Assembly (NCBI GenBank): GCA_947478395.1
Contig: CANJVR010000002.1
Location: forward strand, 800,001-864,000
Direction: 5' to 3'
DNA length: 64,000 bases
Origin: Opitutia bacterium
GTDB taxonomy: Bacteria > Verrucomicrobiota > Verrucomicrobiia > Opitutales > Opitutaceae
This document shows positions 11,696 through 21,444 of the stretch, piece by piece. Position 1 is the stretch's first letter. Each line of letters opens with the position of its first letter. The notes below the pieces were generated by a model, which made no database searches, had not been told where the DNA came from, and was given only the letters and a program-made list of their open reading frames with translations. Made by a program: the position numbers and the translations under genes.

Positions 11696-13201
11696 ATGAG
11701 CCACCCCACTCAAAAATTATCTTTCGTCGAAAAGGTAGGCTACAGCACCGGCGACGCGGCCGCGAACTTCGTCTTCATGACGATGGTTCTCTTTCAGCTG
11801 AATTTCTACACTGACGTCTTCGGCCTTTCCGCCAGCGCCGCCGCCGCGATCCTCCTCTGGCCGCGCCTCTGGGACGCGGTTTTCGATCCCATCATGGGCG
11901 TGCTCGCCGACCGCACCGAAACCCGCTGGGGCAAATTCCGCCCTTGGGTTCTATGGACTTCGATTCCGTGGGCCGTCGTCATGGTGCTCGCTTACACCAC
12001 GCCTCAAGGCTGGAGCACGGGCATGATGATCGCGTACGCCGGCATCACGAACACGATCCTGATGACGCTCTATTCGATGAACAACATGCCGTACGCGGCA
12101 TTGGGCGGGGTGATGACCGGCGACCTCGACGAACGCACCAAGCTCAACTCTTACCGCTTCGTCGCCGTCAACATCGCCCAGTTCATCGTCGGCGGCTTCA
12201 CGCTGCCGCTCGTTGCCAAGTTCGCCCGTGGCCACGACCGCGCGCACGGCTGGCAGATGACGATGACGCTCTGGGCCGTCGTCTGCCTCGTTTGCTTCGT
12301 CATCACGTTCCTCACGACGCGCGAGCGCATCAAACCCGTCGTCCAAACCCAGGCGTCGCCCAAGCAGGATTTCGCCGACCTGCTCAAGAATCGCCCGTGG
12401 CTCACCCTCGCCATCTTCACGGTGTTTAACTTTGCGATGCTGGCCTATCGTGGCGGCGCTCACTATAATTTTTTTCATCATTACGCCGACAAGGCCGCGA
12501 TGTTCGACTTCGTCGCAAAACTCGGTCTGACCTCCGCCGGGCCTGCGGGTGAACCTGGCGCCCTCGAATGGCTCGGCTATGTCGTTCACGGCACGCGCGA
12601 CAGTCTCGCGAATTCCAACGTGGCCGACGTATTCAACAGCATCGTCAACATGGCCGGCTTCGCCACAACGGTCGTCGTCATCATGCTTTCGAGCGGTTTC
12701 TCCCGCCGATTCGGCAAGAAAGCCGTGATCGGCACCGGCTTCGCGTTATCGGCGTTAAACGCCTTCGCTTACTATCTGCTCTCCCCAACCAACACGCTCG
12801 GCATGCTCGCGCTGCAGGTCACCGGCGCGATTGTTTACGCCCCCACAATCGCGGTCGCATGGGCGATGTATGCCGACGCCGCCGACTACTCGGAGTGGCA
12901 AACCGGACGCCGCTTCACCGGCATGGTGTTCGCCACAATCGGTTTCGCCCTCAAGTCAGGACTCGCCCTCGGCTCCGCCGCGTTCCTCTGGATCATGGCG
13001 GCCGCCTGGGCCTACGACACGAAACTACCCTCCGCGGCCAACGCCGTCCGCGGCTATTTTGTTTCCAGCAGCCTCATCGTTGGCTTGCTGTTCGTCGGCG
13101 CCACGCTGGCGATCGCCGCGTGCAAGCTAAACAAATCGCTCACCCTAAAAATGGCCGACGAGCTCGCCGATCGCCGGCGCTCCGCCGCTCCCTCCCCCTG
13201 A
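11696..13201 (+). CDS. MFS glycoside-pentoside-hexuronide (GPH):cation symporter, probably xyloside/xylo-oligosaccharide uptake
   Basis: EKVGYSTGDAAAN, WDAVFDPIMGVLADRTETRWGKFRPW, ADAADYSEW motifs; many TM segments; ATG 11696. Confidence 0.92.
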   Translation: MSHPTQKLSFVEKVGYSTGDAAANFVFMTMVLFQLNFYTDVFGLSASAAAAILLWPRLWDAVFDPIMGVLADRTETRWGKFRPWVLWTSIPWAVVMVLAYTTPQGWSTGMMIAYAGITNTILMTLYSMNNMPYAALGGVMTGDLDERTKLNSYRFVAVNIAQFIVGGFTLPLVAKFARGHDRAHGWQMTMTLWAVVCLVCFVITFLTTRERIKPVVQTQASPKQDFADLLKNRPWLTLAIFTVFNFAMLAYRGGAHYNFFHHYADKAAMFDFVAKLGLTSAGPAGEPGALEWLGYVVHGTRDSLANSNVADVFNSIVNMAGFATTVVVIMLSSGFSRRFGKKAVIGTGFALSALNAFAYYLLSPTNTLGMLALQVTGAIVYAPTIAVAWAMYADAADYSEWQTGRRFTGMVFATIGFALKSGLALGSAAFLWIMAAAWAYDTKLPSAANAVRGYFVSSSLIVGLLFVGATLAIAACKLNKSLTLKMADELADRRRSAAPSP

Positions 13202-15342
13202 TGCACCGCTCCCACGCTCTCGTTCCGCTCTGCGCCCTCGTCGTCAGCTTGCTCCTATCGCTGACTGCGCGCGCCGACGACGGCTACCGGCTCTGGCTCC
13301 GCTACGATCGGATCGCGGATGAAAAACTCCGCGCCGACTACTCCGCCGCCCTGACGCGCATTGTGCTGGCAACGCCTTCCGGCACCGAGTCGCCGACCGT
13401 CGCCGCCGCGCGCGATGAGCTAACGACCGCCCTGCGCGGCCTCATCGCCGCCGAGGCGAAGGTCGCTGTTGCAAAAGCCGGCGCAGATCTTCCGTCAGGG
13501 GCCGAAGCCTTCACCATCATCAGCCGCAACGGCAACGTAACCATCACCGGCGGCAGCGACGTGGCCGTGCTCTATGGCTCATTCGCCCTGCTGCGGCAGC
13601 TCCAGCTCAACCAACCCATTGACCGACTCGAAATTCACGACGGGCCCAAGATTCAGCGCCGCATGCTCAATCACTGGGACAATCTCGATCGCAGTATCGA
13701 ACGTGGCTACGCCGGCCAGTCGCTCTGGGAATGGGACAAACTCCCCGGCGAACTCAGCCCGCGCTACCGCGACTACGCGCGCGCCCTCGCCTCGATCGGG
13801 CTCAACGGTCTCACACCGACTAACGTCAACGCCAACATCCAGTTTCTCACGCCCGACTATCTCAAAAAAATTGCCGCGCTCGCCGATGTCTTCCGCCCCT
13901 ACGGCATCCGCATCTATCTCACCGCGAAATTCAGCGCGCCCGTCGAGCTCGGCAAACTCAAGACCGGCGATCCGCTCGATCCCGAAGTGATCCAATGGTG
14001 GCGCGCCAAAAGCGAAGAGATCTACCGAGCGATTCCCGACTTCGGCGGGTTCCTCATCAAGGCCAACTCCGAGGGCCAGCCCGGCCCGCAGGGCTACGGC
14101 CGCACGCACGCCGACGGCGCCAACGTCCTCGCCGACGCCGTCGCCTCGCACGGTGGCATCGTGATCTGGCGCGCGTTTGTCTACGACCCCGCCGTCGCCG
14201 ACGATCGCGCGAAGCAGGCCTACAACGAATTCGTCCCGCTCGACGGCAAGTTCCGCGACAACGTCGTCGTGCAGGTGAAAAACGGCCCGATCGACTTCAT
14301 GCCGCGCGAGCCGTTTCACCCGCTCTTCGGCGCGATGCCGAAGACACCACTCGCGCTCGAAATCCAGATCACGCAGGAATATCTCGGCGGCTCGACTGAG
14401 CTTTGCTTCCTCGCGCCGATGTGGAAGGAAGTGATCGACTCCGACACCTTACGCCCGAATCGAGGCTCAACCGTCGCCCGCGTGATCGATGGCACCGTGG
14501 CACGGGCGTCCCTGCCCGCAGCCACGAGCGTCGCTGCGCTCACCGTCATCGCCGGCGTCGCCAACACCGGCACCGATCGGAACTGGTGCGGCAACCAGCT
14601 GGCGCCCGCCAACTGGTATGCCTTCGGCCGGCTCGCGTGGGATCACACTCTCACCTCCGCGCAAGTCGCCGACGAATGGACGCGCCAGACTTTTTCCAAC
14701 GACCGCCGCGTCGTCGCCACCATCGTGCCGATGCTCCTCGCCTCGCACGAGGCCGTCGTGAACTACTCGATGCCTCTCGGCCTTCACCACATCATGGCGC
14801 GCAGCCACCACCAAGGTCCGGGCCCTTGGGTCACCGGCGGCCGCGCCGATCAGACGTCGGTTTATTTCCACCGCGCCGACGAAAAAGGCGTGGGCTTCGA
14901 TCGGACCGCCACGGGCTCCAACGCTCTCGGCCAATACGCACCCGCCGTCGCCTCACGCTGGGACGACCTCGCAAACTGCCCCGACGAGTATCTCCTCTGG
15001 TTTCACCACCTGCCGTGGGACTACAAAATGCGCTCTGGCAAAACACTCTGGACCGAAATCGCGCTCCATTACCAGACCGGCATCGACGCCGTGCGCGGCT
15101 GGCAAAAATCCTGGGACACCCTCCGCGGCGCAATCGACGACGAACGCTTCACCGCGACGCAGAAATTCTTCGCCCGGCAGGAGCACGAAGCCCGCATTTG
15201 GCGCGACGTTTGCACCCAATATTTCGCGACCTTCTCCAAACTGCCGCTCCCCGCTGCGTACGAGGTACCGGAACACCCGCTCGATTTCTACCGCGCGCTC
15301 CCCGCGCCTTTTTCCGTCGCGAAAAATCCATCGGCGAACTGA
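13201..15342 (+). CDS. aguA: alpha-glucuronidase GH67 with signal peptide
   Basis: DGYRLWLRY, RRMLNHWDN, KANSEGQPGP, KNGPIDF, EIQITQEYLG motifs; ATG 13201 overlaps the transporter stop (TGATG). Confidence 0.95.
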   Translation: MHRSHALVPLCALVVSLLLSLTARADDGYRLWLRYDRIADEKLRADYSAALTRIVLATPSGTESPTVAAARDELTTALRGLIAAEAKVAVAKAGADLPSGAEAFTIISRNGNVTITGGSDVAVLYGSFALLRQLQLNQPIDRLEIHDGPKIQRRMLNHWDNLDRSIERGYAGQSLWEWDKLPGELSPRYRDYARALASIGLNGLTPTNVNANIQFLTPDYLKKIAALADVFRPYGIRIYLTAKFSAPVELGKLKTGDPLDPEVIQWWRAKSEEIYRAIPDFGGFLIKANSEGQPGPQGYGRTHADGANVLADAVASHGGIVIWRAFVYDPAVADDRAKQAYNEFVPLDGKFRDNVVVQVKNGPIDFMPREPFHPLFGAMPKTPLALEIQITQEYLGGSTELCFLAPMWKEVIDSDTLRPNRGSTVARVIDGTVARASLPAATSVAALTVIAGVANTGTDRNWCGNQLAPANWYAFGRLAWDHTLTSAQVADEWTRQTFSNDRRVVATIVPMLLASHEAVVNYSMPLGLHHIMARSHHQGPGPWVTGGRADQTSVYFHRADEKGVGFDRTATGSNALGQYAPAVASRWDDLANCPDEYLLWFHHLPWDYKMRSGKTLWTEIALHYQTGIDAVRGWQKSWDTLRGAIDDERFTATQKFFARQEHEARIWRDVCTQYFATFSKLPLPAAYEVPEHPLDFYRALPAPFSVAKNPSAN

Positions 15343-15378
15343 AAGGTTCGCGCGAAGAGTAATCGAGCTGACGCGATT

Positions 15379-16503
15379 TTAGTTTTTAGGACGCGCCGCG
15401 GTCGTGGCCGCCGAAAATCGAAATTCCGTCGAACTCGAAAACGTTTCGCCGGGGCGCAGAACCGTGGTTGGAAAATTCTCGTGGTGGATCGAGTCGGGGT
15501 AATGTTGCGTCTCGAGGCAGAAAAAACCGAAGCGCGGCGGAACCGGCTTTTCCGGCGTGCTCACGGGAAGAGCACTGAGCGAACTGGTGTAGAGCTGCAC
15601 GGCCGGCTCGGTCGTCCAAACTTCGAGCGCACGGCCCGTTGTCGGGTCGGAGATCGACGCGGCGCGCACGAGGCCGGGGCCGGTACGGTTGATCACAAAA
15701 TTATTATCGTAGTTCTTGCCGCGGCTACCCAGTTGATCGGCGCGGGCGCCCAGCGCGGTCGGCGTCGTGAAATCCACGGGCGTGCCTTTCACGCTGACGA
15801 TTTCGCCGGTGGGAATTTGCGTGGCATCAAACACCGTTGTGCGATCGGCGTCGATCGTGAGCCGGTAATCGGTCACGTCGCCTTCGCCCGCGAGATTGAA
15901 GTAGGCATGGTTCGTGAGGTTGACGATCGTCGGCTTGTCCGTCGTCGCGCTGTAGTCGATGCGGAGCACGTTGGCATCGGTGAGCGTGTAGGTGACCGTG
16001 GCGGTGAGCCGGCCGGGGAAACCCTCCTCGCCGTCGGCGCTGATGTAGGTGAGTCGCACCGCACTGCCCGTGGCGGACTCGAGCGGCTGGCCCTGCCAGA
16101 GCGCTTTGCCGAAACCCTTGAGGCCGCCGTGCAACGTGTGCGCGCCATTGTTGGCGGCGAGCGTGTAGTCGTGACCGTCGAGGGTGAAGCGAGCGTTGGC
16201 GACGCGGTTGGCGACCCGGCCAGGCACCATCGCGGCCTGCGGGAAGCCACGCCGGTAGTTGGCTTCGGAGAACGTGGCCTCGCGCACAACCTGGACGAGT
16301 TTACCGTCACGGTCCGGAATCTGGAGATCGGCGAGGATGGCGCCAAAAGTGATGACCTTCGCTTTTGCGCCGCGCGGACTGGTGAGAATGTAGGCGTCAA
16401 TCGTCGTGCCGTCGGCCGCGCGGCCAAAGACTTCGTGGGTCGCTGGTGCGGCCAGCGCCGCCGTGGCGGACGCAATAAATAGTGCGAAGAGGAAACGAAT
16501 CAT
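15379..16503 (-). CDS. galM: aldose 1-epimerase (mutarotase) with signal peptide
   Basis: GRVANR, HTLHGG, GEEGFPG, NLTNHAYFNL, CLETQHYPD motifs; start ATG 16503 (or 16524). Confidence 0.92.
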   Translation of the reverse strand: MIRFLFALFIASATAALAAPATHEVFGRAADGTTIDAYILTSPRGAKAKVITFGAILADLQIPDRDGKLVQVVREATFSEANYRRGFPQAAMVPGRVANRVANARFTLDGHDYTLAANNGAHTLHGGLKGFGKALWQGQPLESATGSAVRLTYISADGEEGFPGRLTATVTYTLTDANVLRIDYSATTDKPTIVNLTNHAYFNLAGEGDVTDYRLTIDADRTTVFDATQIPTGEIVSVKGTPVDFTTPTALGARADQLGSRGKNYDNNFVINRTGPGLVRAASISDPTTGRALEVWTTEPAVQLYTSSLSALPVSTPEKPVPPRFGFFCLETQHYPDSIHHENFPTTVLRPGETFSSSTEFRFSAATTAARPKN

Positions 16504-16589
16504 GGGTGAAGGGGTGAATGACATTGGACGAAATTTCCGGGAGAACGCTGAGGACTGGATTACCGATGCGCGATGTTAGCGGCGACCGA

Positions 16590-17354
16590 TCAAAAACCGA
16601 TGTTCGCGCCGCCGTCGACGGGAAGCGTCACGCCGGTGACGAATTTCGCGGCGGGTGATGCGAGGTAGACGGCGGCCCAGCCGACGTCGCTCGGCGCTCC
16701 GAGCTTGGCGGCGGGGGTGCGTCCGAGAATTTTCGCTTTGCGGCCGGGGTCGCCATCGAGCGCCTTGCGGGACATCTCGGTCTCGATCCAGCCGGGGGCG
16801 ATGGCGTTGACGCGCACGCCGTGAGGGGAAAGTTCCGTCGCGTAGCCCTTCACCATCCCAACCATCGCGGTCTTTGCCGCAGTGTAGGCGATGACCAGCG
16901 GGATGCCAAACAGCGAGGCCATCGAGGCCGTGAACAAAATCGTGCCGTGCTTCCGCGCGATCATCCCAGGCGCGACGGCGCGAACGAGCGCATGCGCGCC
17001 CACGATATGGGTGTTGAGCACCATCTGGAATTCCGCGGGCGTCGTTTCGACCGCGGGCTTTTTCAGGTGAATGCCGGCGTTGTTGACGAGACAGGTGATG
17101 GCGCCGACTTCACGCGTAACGCGCTCGATGAGCGCAGCCGCGGCGTCGAGTTGCGTGATATCGTGGACGACAAAACTCGCGCGATCGCCGAGGGATTTAG
17201 CGGCAGCGCAGAGCTCCGGCTCGCGGCGGCCGACGAGCACGACGCGCGCACCTGCGGCGTGCATCGCCTGCGCCATCGCGAGTCCAATCCCAGTGCCGCC
17301 ACCGGTGATAAGGACGACTTCGCCTGAAAGTGAGAACGCGTCGGGAAAATTCAT
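16590..17354 (-). CDS. SDR-family oxidoreductase (gluconate-5-dehydrogenase/KduD-like), candidate D-mannonate oxidoreductase
   Basis: TGGGTGIG, NNAG and YTAAK SDR motifs; ATG 17354 overlaps the uxuA stop (ATGA). Confidence 0.88.
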   Translation of the reverse strand: MNFPDAFSLSGEVVLITGGGTGIGLAMAQAMHAAGARVVLVGRREPELCAAAKSLGDRASFVVHDITQLDAAAALIERVTREVGAITCLVNNAGIHLKKPAVETTPAEFQMVLNTHIVGAHALVRAVAPGMIARKHGTILFTASMASLFGIPLVIAYTAAKTAMVGMVKGYATELSPHGVRVNAIAPGWIETEMSRKALDGDPGRKAKILGRTPAAKLGAPSDVGWAAVYLASPAAKFVTGVTLPVDGGANIGF

Positions 17355-18430
17355 TTCGTTTGGAGCGTTTGGAGACCGGCCTTGATGAAGCCCATCGCGA
17401 AGGCCATGCCCGCGTGCCAGGGCGCGGCGCACGACATTTGTGGCGCGTGATCAGGAATGATCACGCCTTCAAATTTATTTTTGTGGAGAATCGCGAGCAC
17501 GCGCAGCACGTCGACTTCGCCGTCATCGATAAACGTCTCTTTGTAGTAGGGCACCTTGTCCCGGACGTTACGGAGGTGGACATACCCAAGCCGGTTTTGG
17601 CGCGAGTAGTCGTCGACGACATCGTAGATGTTTCCCTCGGTCATCTCGGCGAGCGAACCCACGCAAAACTCGAGTGCGTTGGAAGGGCTCGAGTTGAGAT
17701 CGAGCACGCGCTGATACATCGACGGCTGGTAGACGAGCCGCGGTTGTCCGCGGATGGTCGGCATCGGAGGATCGTCGGGGTGGAGCGCGAGGCGCACGCC
17801 CGCCTTTTCCGCGACGGGCAGAACCTCATCGAGGAAACGCTGGAGTCGCGACCAGAGCTGCTCGTGCGTCGCCGCGGCAATCGTACCGGTGGCGCGCGTG
17901 GGTGCGGTGGGGTCGACGACCATGTTCCACGCGAGGCCGTTGGGCATCGGTAAATCGTAGGGGCCTTCCATGCCGACGGACGGCGCGCCGCCGCGCGCGT
18001 AGTTGCCCTTGGTGCGGCCGGCGACGCCCGCGATGGAAAAATTGTAGCCCATGATCGGCACGCCGGCTTCGCCGAGCCGGCGGATGATTGTTTTCACATT
18101 TTCGATGTGTTTCGCGCGCTGCGGACCATCCAACAAAATGTCATGCCAATGCGCCGGGTCGAAATTTTCGATAGCCTCGAGCTTCAGGCCGGCCGCCTCG
18201 ACGTCGCGGCGGATTTTCGTGATTTCATCGAGCGTCCAGAGTTGGTCCGGATCGCCGGCAAGGCCCCAGCCCCAGTCGGTGCCGGTCGGCTGGTCGTCGG
18301 GGCCGACGTGGTTGCCGCCGCGGAAATAATCGACCAAGTGCGCAACGATGTGCGTCGCGCCGCCCTGCCGCGCGAACGCGAAGTTTTCCGGCGTGAGCAT
18401 GTGGCGGTAGAGTCCGAGGCCGAGGTTCAT
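17351..18430 (-). CDS. uxuA: mannonate dehydratase
   Basis: YNFS, PVAEKAGVRLALHPDDPP, HLRNV, ETFIDDG and IIPDHAP motifs. Confidence 0.9.
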   Translation of the reverse strand: MNLGLGLYRHMLTPENFAFARQGGATHIVAHLVDYFRGGNHVGPDDQPTGTDWGWGLAGDPDQLWTLDEITKIRRDVEAAGLKLEAIENFDPAHWHDILLDGPQRAKHIENVKTIIRRLGEAGVPIMGYNFSIAGVAGRTKGNYARGGAPSVGMEGPYDLPMPNGLAWNMVVDPTAPTRATGTIAAATHEQLWSRLQRFLDEVLPVAEKAGVRLALHPDDPPMPTIRGQPRLVYQPSMYQRVLDLNSSPSNALEFCVGSLAEMTEGNIYDVVDDYSRQNRLGYVHLRNVRDKVPYYKETFIDDGEVDVLRVLAILHKNKFEGVIIPDHAPQMSCAAPWHAGMAFAMGFIKAGLQTLQTK

Positions 18431-18714
18431 GATTGGGAGGGTTTAAAGCTCGAAAACAGGGCAAAACGCAAACGCGGCCTACGGTTCACGTCAAAAATTC
18501 CATGGGGCGGCTCCGTCCGCCAGTTCGAGCGGACCTAGCGGAGAAACGGGACTAGAAGAGGACCGCGGTCGTCAGAATCCGGCGGCCTACGGCATCGCGG
18601 GCAAGTCTGAGGGGGCGGTAAAAGAGTTCGATCGGAGGGCGAGGACGGCGGAGCCTTTACTGACAGTGGCCCTACCCGACTCGCGCAACGCCCTCGGGCC
18701 CAAGCTCGAAAATT

Positions 18715-18789
18715 TGGAGGCGCGGGCCGGAATTGAACCGGCGCATAGAGCTTTTGCAGAGCTCGGCCTTACCACTTGGCTACCGCGCC
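18715..18789 (-). tRNA. tRNA-Cys(GCA)
   Basis: Minus strand GGCGCGGTAGCCAAGTGGTAAGGCCGAGCTCTGCAAAAGCTCTATGCGCCGGTTCAATTCCGGCCCGCGCCTCCA folds as a cloverleaf with anticodon GCA and encoded CCA. Confidence 0.97.
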
Positions 18790-18807
18790 CAAAATCGAGG
18801 AGGGCGC

Positions 18808-18836
18808 ACGTTGCAGAAAAAAAATCTGTCCCGCAA
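18808..18836 (-). promoter_or_regulatory. candidate sigma70-type promoter of tRNA-Cys
   Basis: Minus strand TTGCGG-N17-CAACGT just upstream of the tRNA. The same TGCAACGTG also lies just upstream of hisS. Confidence 0.35.
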
Positions 18837-18906
18837 GTGCCGAAATAAAACGCCATCCGCACGCTTGCCGCGTGGCTTCCGACGCCGCAAACCAAAGTCT
18901 TCCTCC

Positions 18907-19686
<780 letters not shown>

Positions 19687-19695
19687 GACGCAGAC

Positions 19696-19770
19696 GTAGC
19701 GCGAGGCTTCAGCCCGCGTTCAGGGTTGGCCCCGGCTGCGTTCGGCACGCGGGCTGAAGCCGTGCGCGAC
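19696..19770. repeat. GTAG-type REP doublet (REPIN-like inverted pair)
   Basis: GTAGCGCGAGGCTTCAGCCCGCGT (19696-19719) versus its inverted copy at 19747-19770; 21/24 match with a perfect 15-bp core. Confidence 0.8.
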
Positions 19771-19788
19771 CCGCCTAGCCGCTTGCAC

Positions 19789-19823
19789 CTACTCGCTACC
19801 CGCTACTCACTCCCCGCTGCTTC
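19789..19823. repeat. degenerate heptamer tandem array (CTACYCG)
   Basis: CTACTCG CTACCCG CTACTCA CTCCCCG CTGCTTC immediately upstream of ATG 19830. Confidence 0.6.
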
Positions 19824-19829
19824 CGCTGC

Positions 19830-20639
19830 ATGTTTTCCTCCTTCGCCAAATATCGCCAGTCGTTCCTCATCGGGCTCCAGAGCAATCTGGTTTACCGGAT
19901 GAACTTCGCCGTACGCGGGTTCTTTTCGCTCTTCCACTTAGCCGTGGTCTTCATCCTGTGGGGCGCGGCGTTCGCCCACACTCCCACCATCGGCGGCTTT
20001 AACTTTGGCCAGACGCTCACCTATTTTCTGGTGATGCTCGTTATGCAGTTCTTCGTCGGCGCCTTCAACGAGGACTACCAGATCAGCGAGGAAATCCGCA
20101 ACGGCCTCATCAATCAGTTCATTCTGAAGCCCATCAATTATTTCCTCTACCGCTTCAGTATCTTCACGGCGGCGCGGCTCGTGACGGGCGCGTTGATCGT
20201 GATCCCGCTCCTGATCGCGCTGCCGCTGCTGAAGGACTACCTCACGTTGCCCCACGACGCGTGGCGTTTCGCGCTGGGTGTGCCGGCGATGGCGCTTTCG
20301 GCGCTAATCCAGTTCAGCATCGCATACTTTTTCGGCCTGCTGACGTTTTGGTTTCTCGAAATCCAGGGCTTTGTGATTCTCTCGATGGCCGTGGAGTCAT
20401 TGCTCGGCGGACAAATGTTTCCCCTCGATCTCCTGCCCGCGTGGATTTTTCGCACCGCGCAGTTCCTGCCTTTTTACTACCAGACCTATTTTCCCACCGC
20501 GATTTTCACCGGGCGCATCGACTTCGCCGCGACGGTCCAAGGCCTCGGCCTGCAACTGGGGTGGGTGCTGATCCTGCTCGCGGTCAACCAAGTGCTTTGG
20601 ACGCGTGGTCTGCGGCGCCACACCGCGGTCGGCGGCTGA
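19830..20639 (+). CDS. ABC-2 family transporter permease (DUF990-like)
   Basis: About six TM segments; EEIRNGLINQFILKPINY and LLGGQMFPLDLLP motifs. Confidence 0.85.
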   Translation: MFSSFAKYRQSFLIGLQSNLVYRMNFAVRGFFSLFHLAVVFILWGAAFAHTPTIGGFNFGQTLTYFLVMLVMQFFVGAFNEDYQISEEIRNGLINQFILKPINYFLYRFSIFTAARLVTGALIVIPLLIALPLLKDYLTLPHDAWRFALGVPAMALSALIQFSIAYFFGLLTFWFLEIQGFVILSMAVESLLGGQMFPLDLLPAWIFRTAQFLPFYYQTYFPTAIFTGRIDFAATVQGLGLQLGWVLILLAVNQVLWTRGLRRHTAVGG

Positions 20640-20655
20640 ACTTCAAATTTTCCGC

Positions 20656-21444
20656 ATGACGAAATATTTTGAAATCTGGCTCGCGAGCGCCCGCTACTCG
20701 GTCACGCGCACGCTGATGTTTCGCTTCGATTTTTTCCTCTGGGCGATGGTCGAACTGTTCTGGATGAGCGTGAATCTCCTGATGATCTCGGTGATTTACC
20801 AGCACACCGATTCCATCGCCGGCTGGAGCAAATACGAGATGATCCTGCTCGTGGGGACCTCGCTGCTCGTGCAGCGCTTTCTGATGGGATTTTTCTGGAG
20901 CAGCCTCTTTGAAATGGGCCGCAACATTAAGAGCGGCAACTTCGACTTCTTCCTCGCGCAGCCCGGCAACATTTTGTTCATGGCGTCGACGCGCAAGCTC
21001 GACCTCGACGGGCTGATGAACTCGATGGTCGCGATGGGCATCGTCGCTTATGCGGCGCACAAACTCGGCCTGCATCCCACCCTGCTCGACGTGGCGCTGT
21101 ATGGGCTGATGATTTTTTGCGGCCTGATTATTCACTACAGCATGCTCGTGCTGACCATCTCGCTGGCGTTCTGGCTCACGAGCGCACAGGGGATCGAAGG
21201 CAGCTACTTCACGCTCTCGGAATTTTCCCGCTTGCCACGCGCCGCGTTCAAGGGCGTCGCGAGCCTGCTCTTCGTTTGGTTGCTGCCCGTGGTGGTCGTC
21301 AGCAACGCGCCCGCCGAGACCCTCATCCGTGGTTTCCAGCCCTCATGGGCGCTGGGCTTGGTCGCCGCCGCGCTCGTGTGGTTCGCCGCGGCGGTCTTCG
21401 TTTTCCACCGTGGCTTGCGGCGCTATGCCAGCGCGAGTTCATGA
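20656..21444 (+). CDS. ABC-2 family transporter permease (DUF990-like), second subunit
   Basis: IAGWSKYE, IKSGNFDFFLAQP, C-terminal RGLRRYASASS; ATG 20656. Confidence 0.85.
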   Translation: MTKYFEIWLASARYSVTRTLMFRFDFFLWAMVELFWMSVNLLMISVIYQHTDSIAGWSKYEMILLVGTSLLVQRFLMGFFWSSLFEMGRNIKSGNFDFFLAQPGNILFMASTRKLDLDGLMNSMVAMGIVAYAAHKLGLHPTLLDVALYGLMIFCGLIIHYSMLVLTISLAFWLTSAQGIEGSYFTLSEFSRLPRAAFKGVASLLFVWLLPVVVVSNAPAETLIRGFQPSWALGLVAAALVWFAAAVFVFHRGLRRYASASS

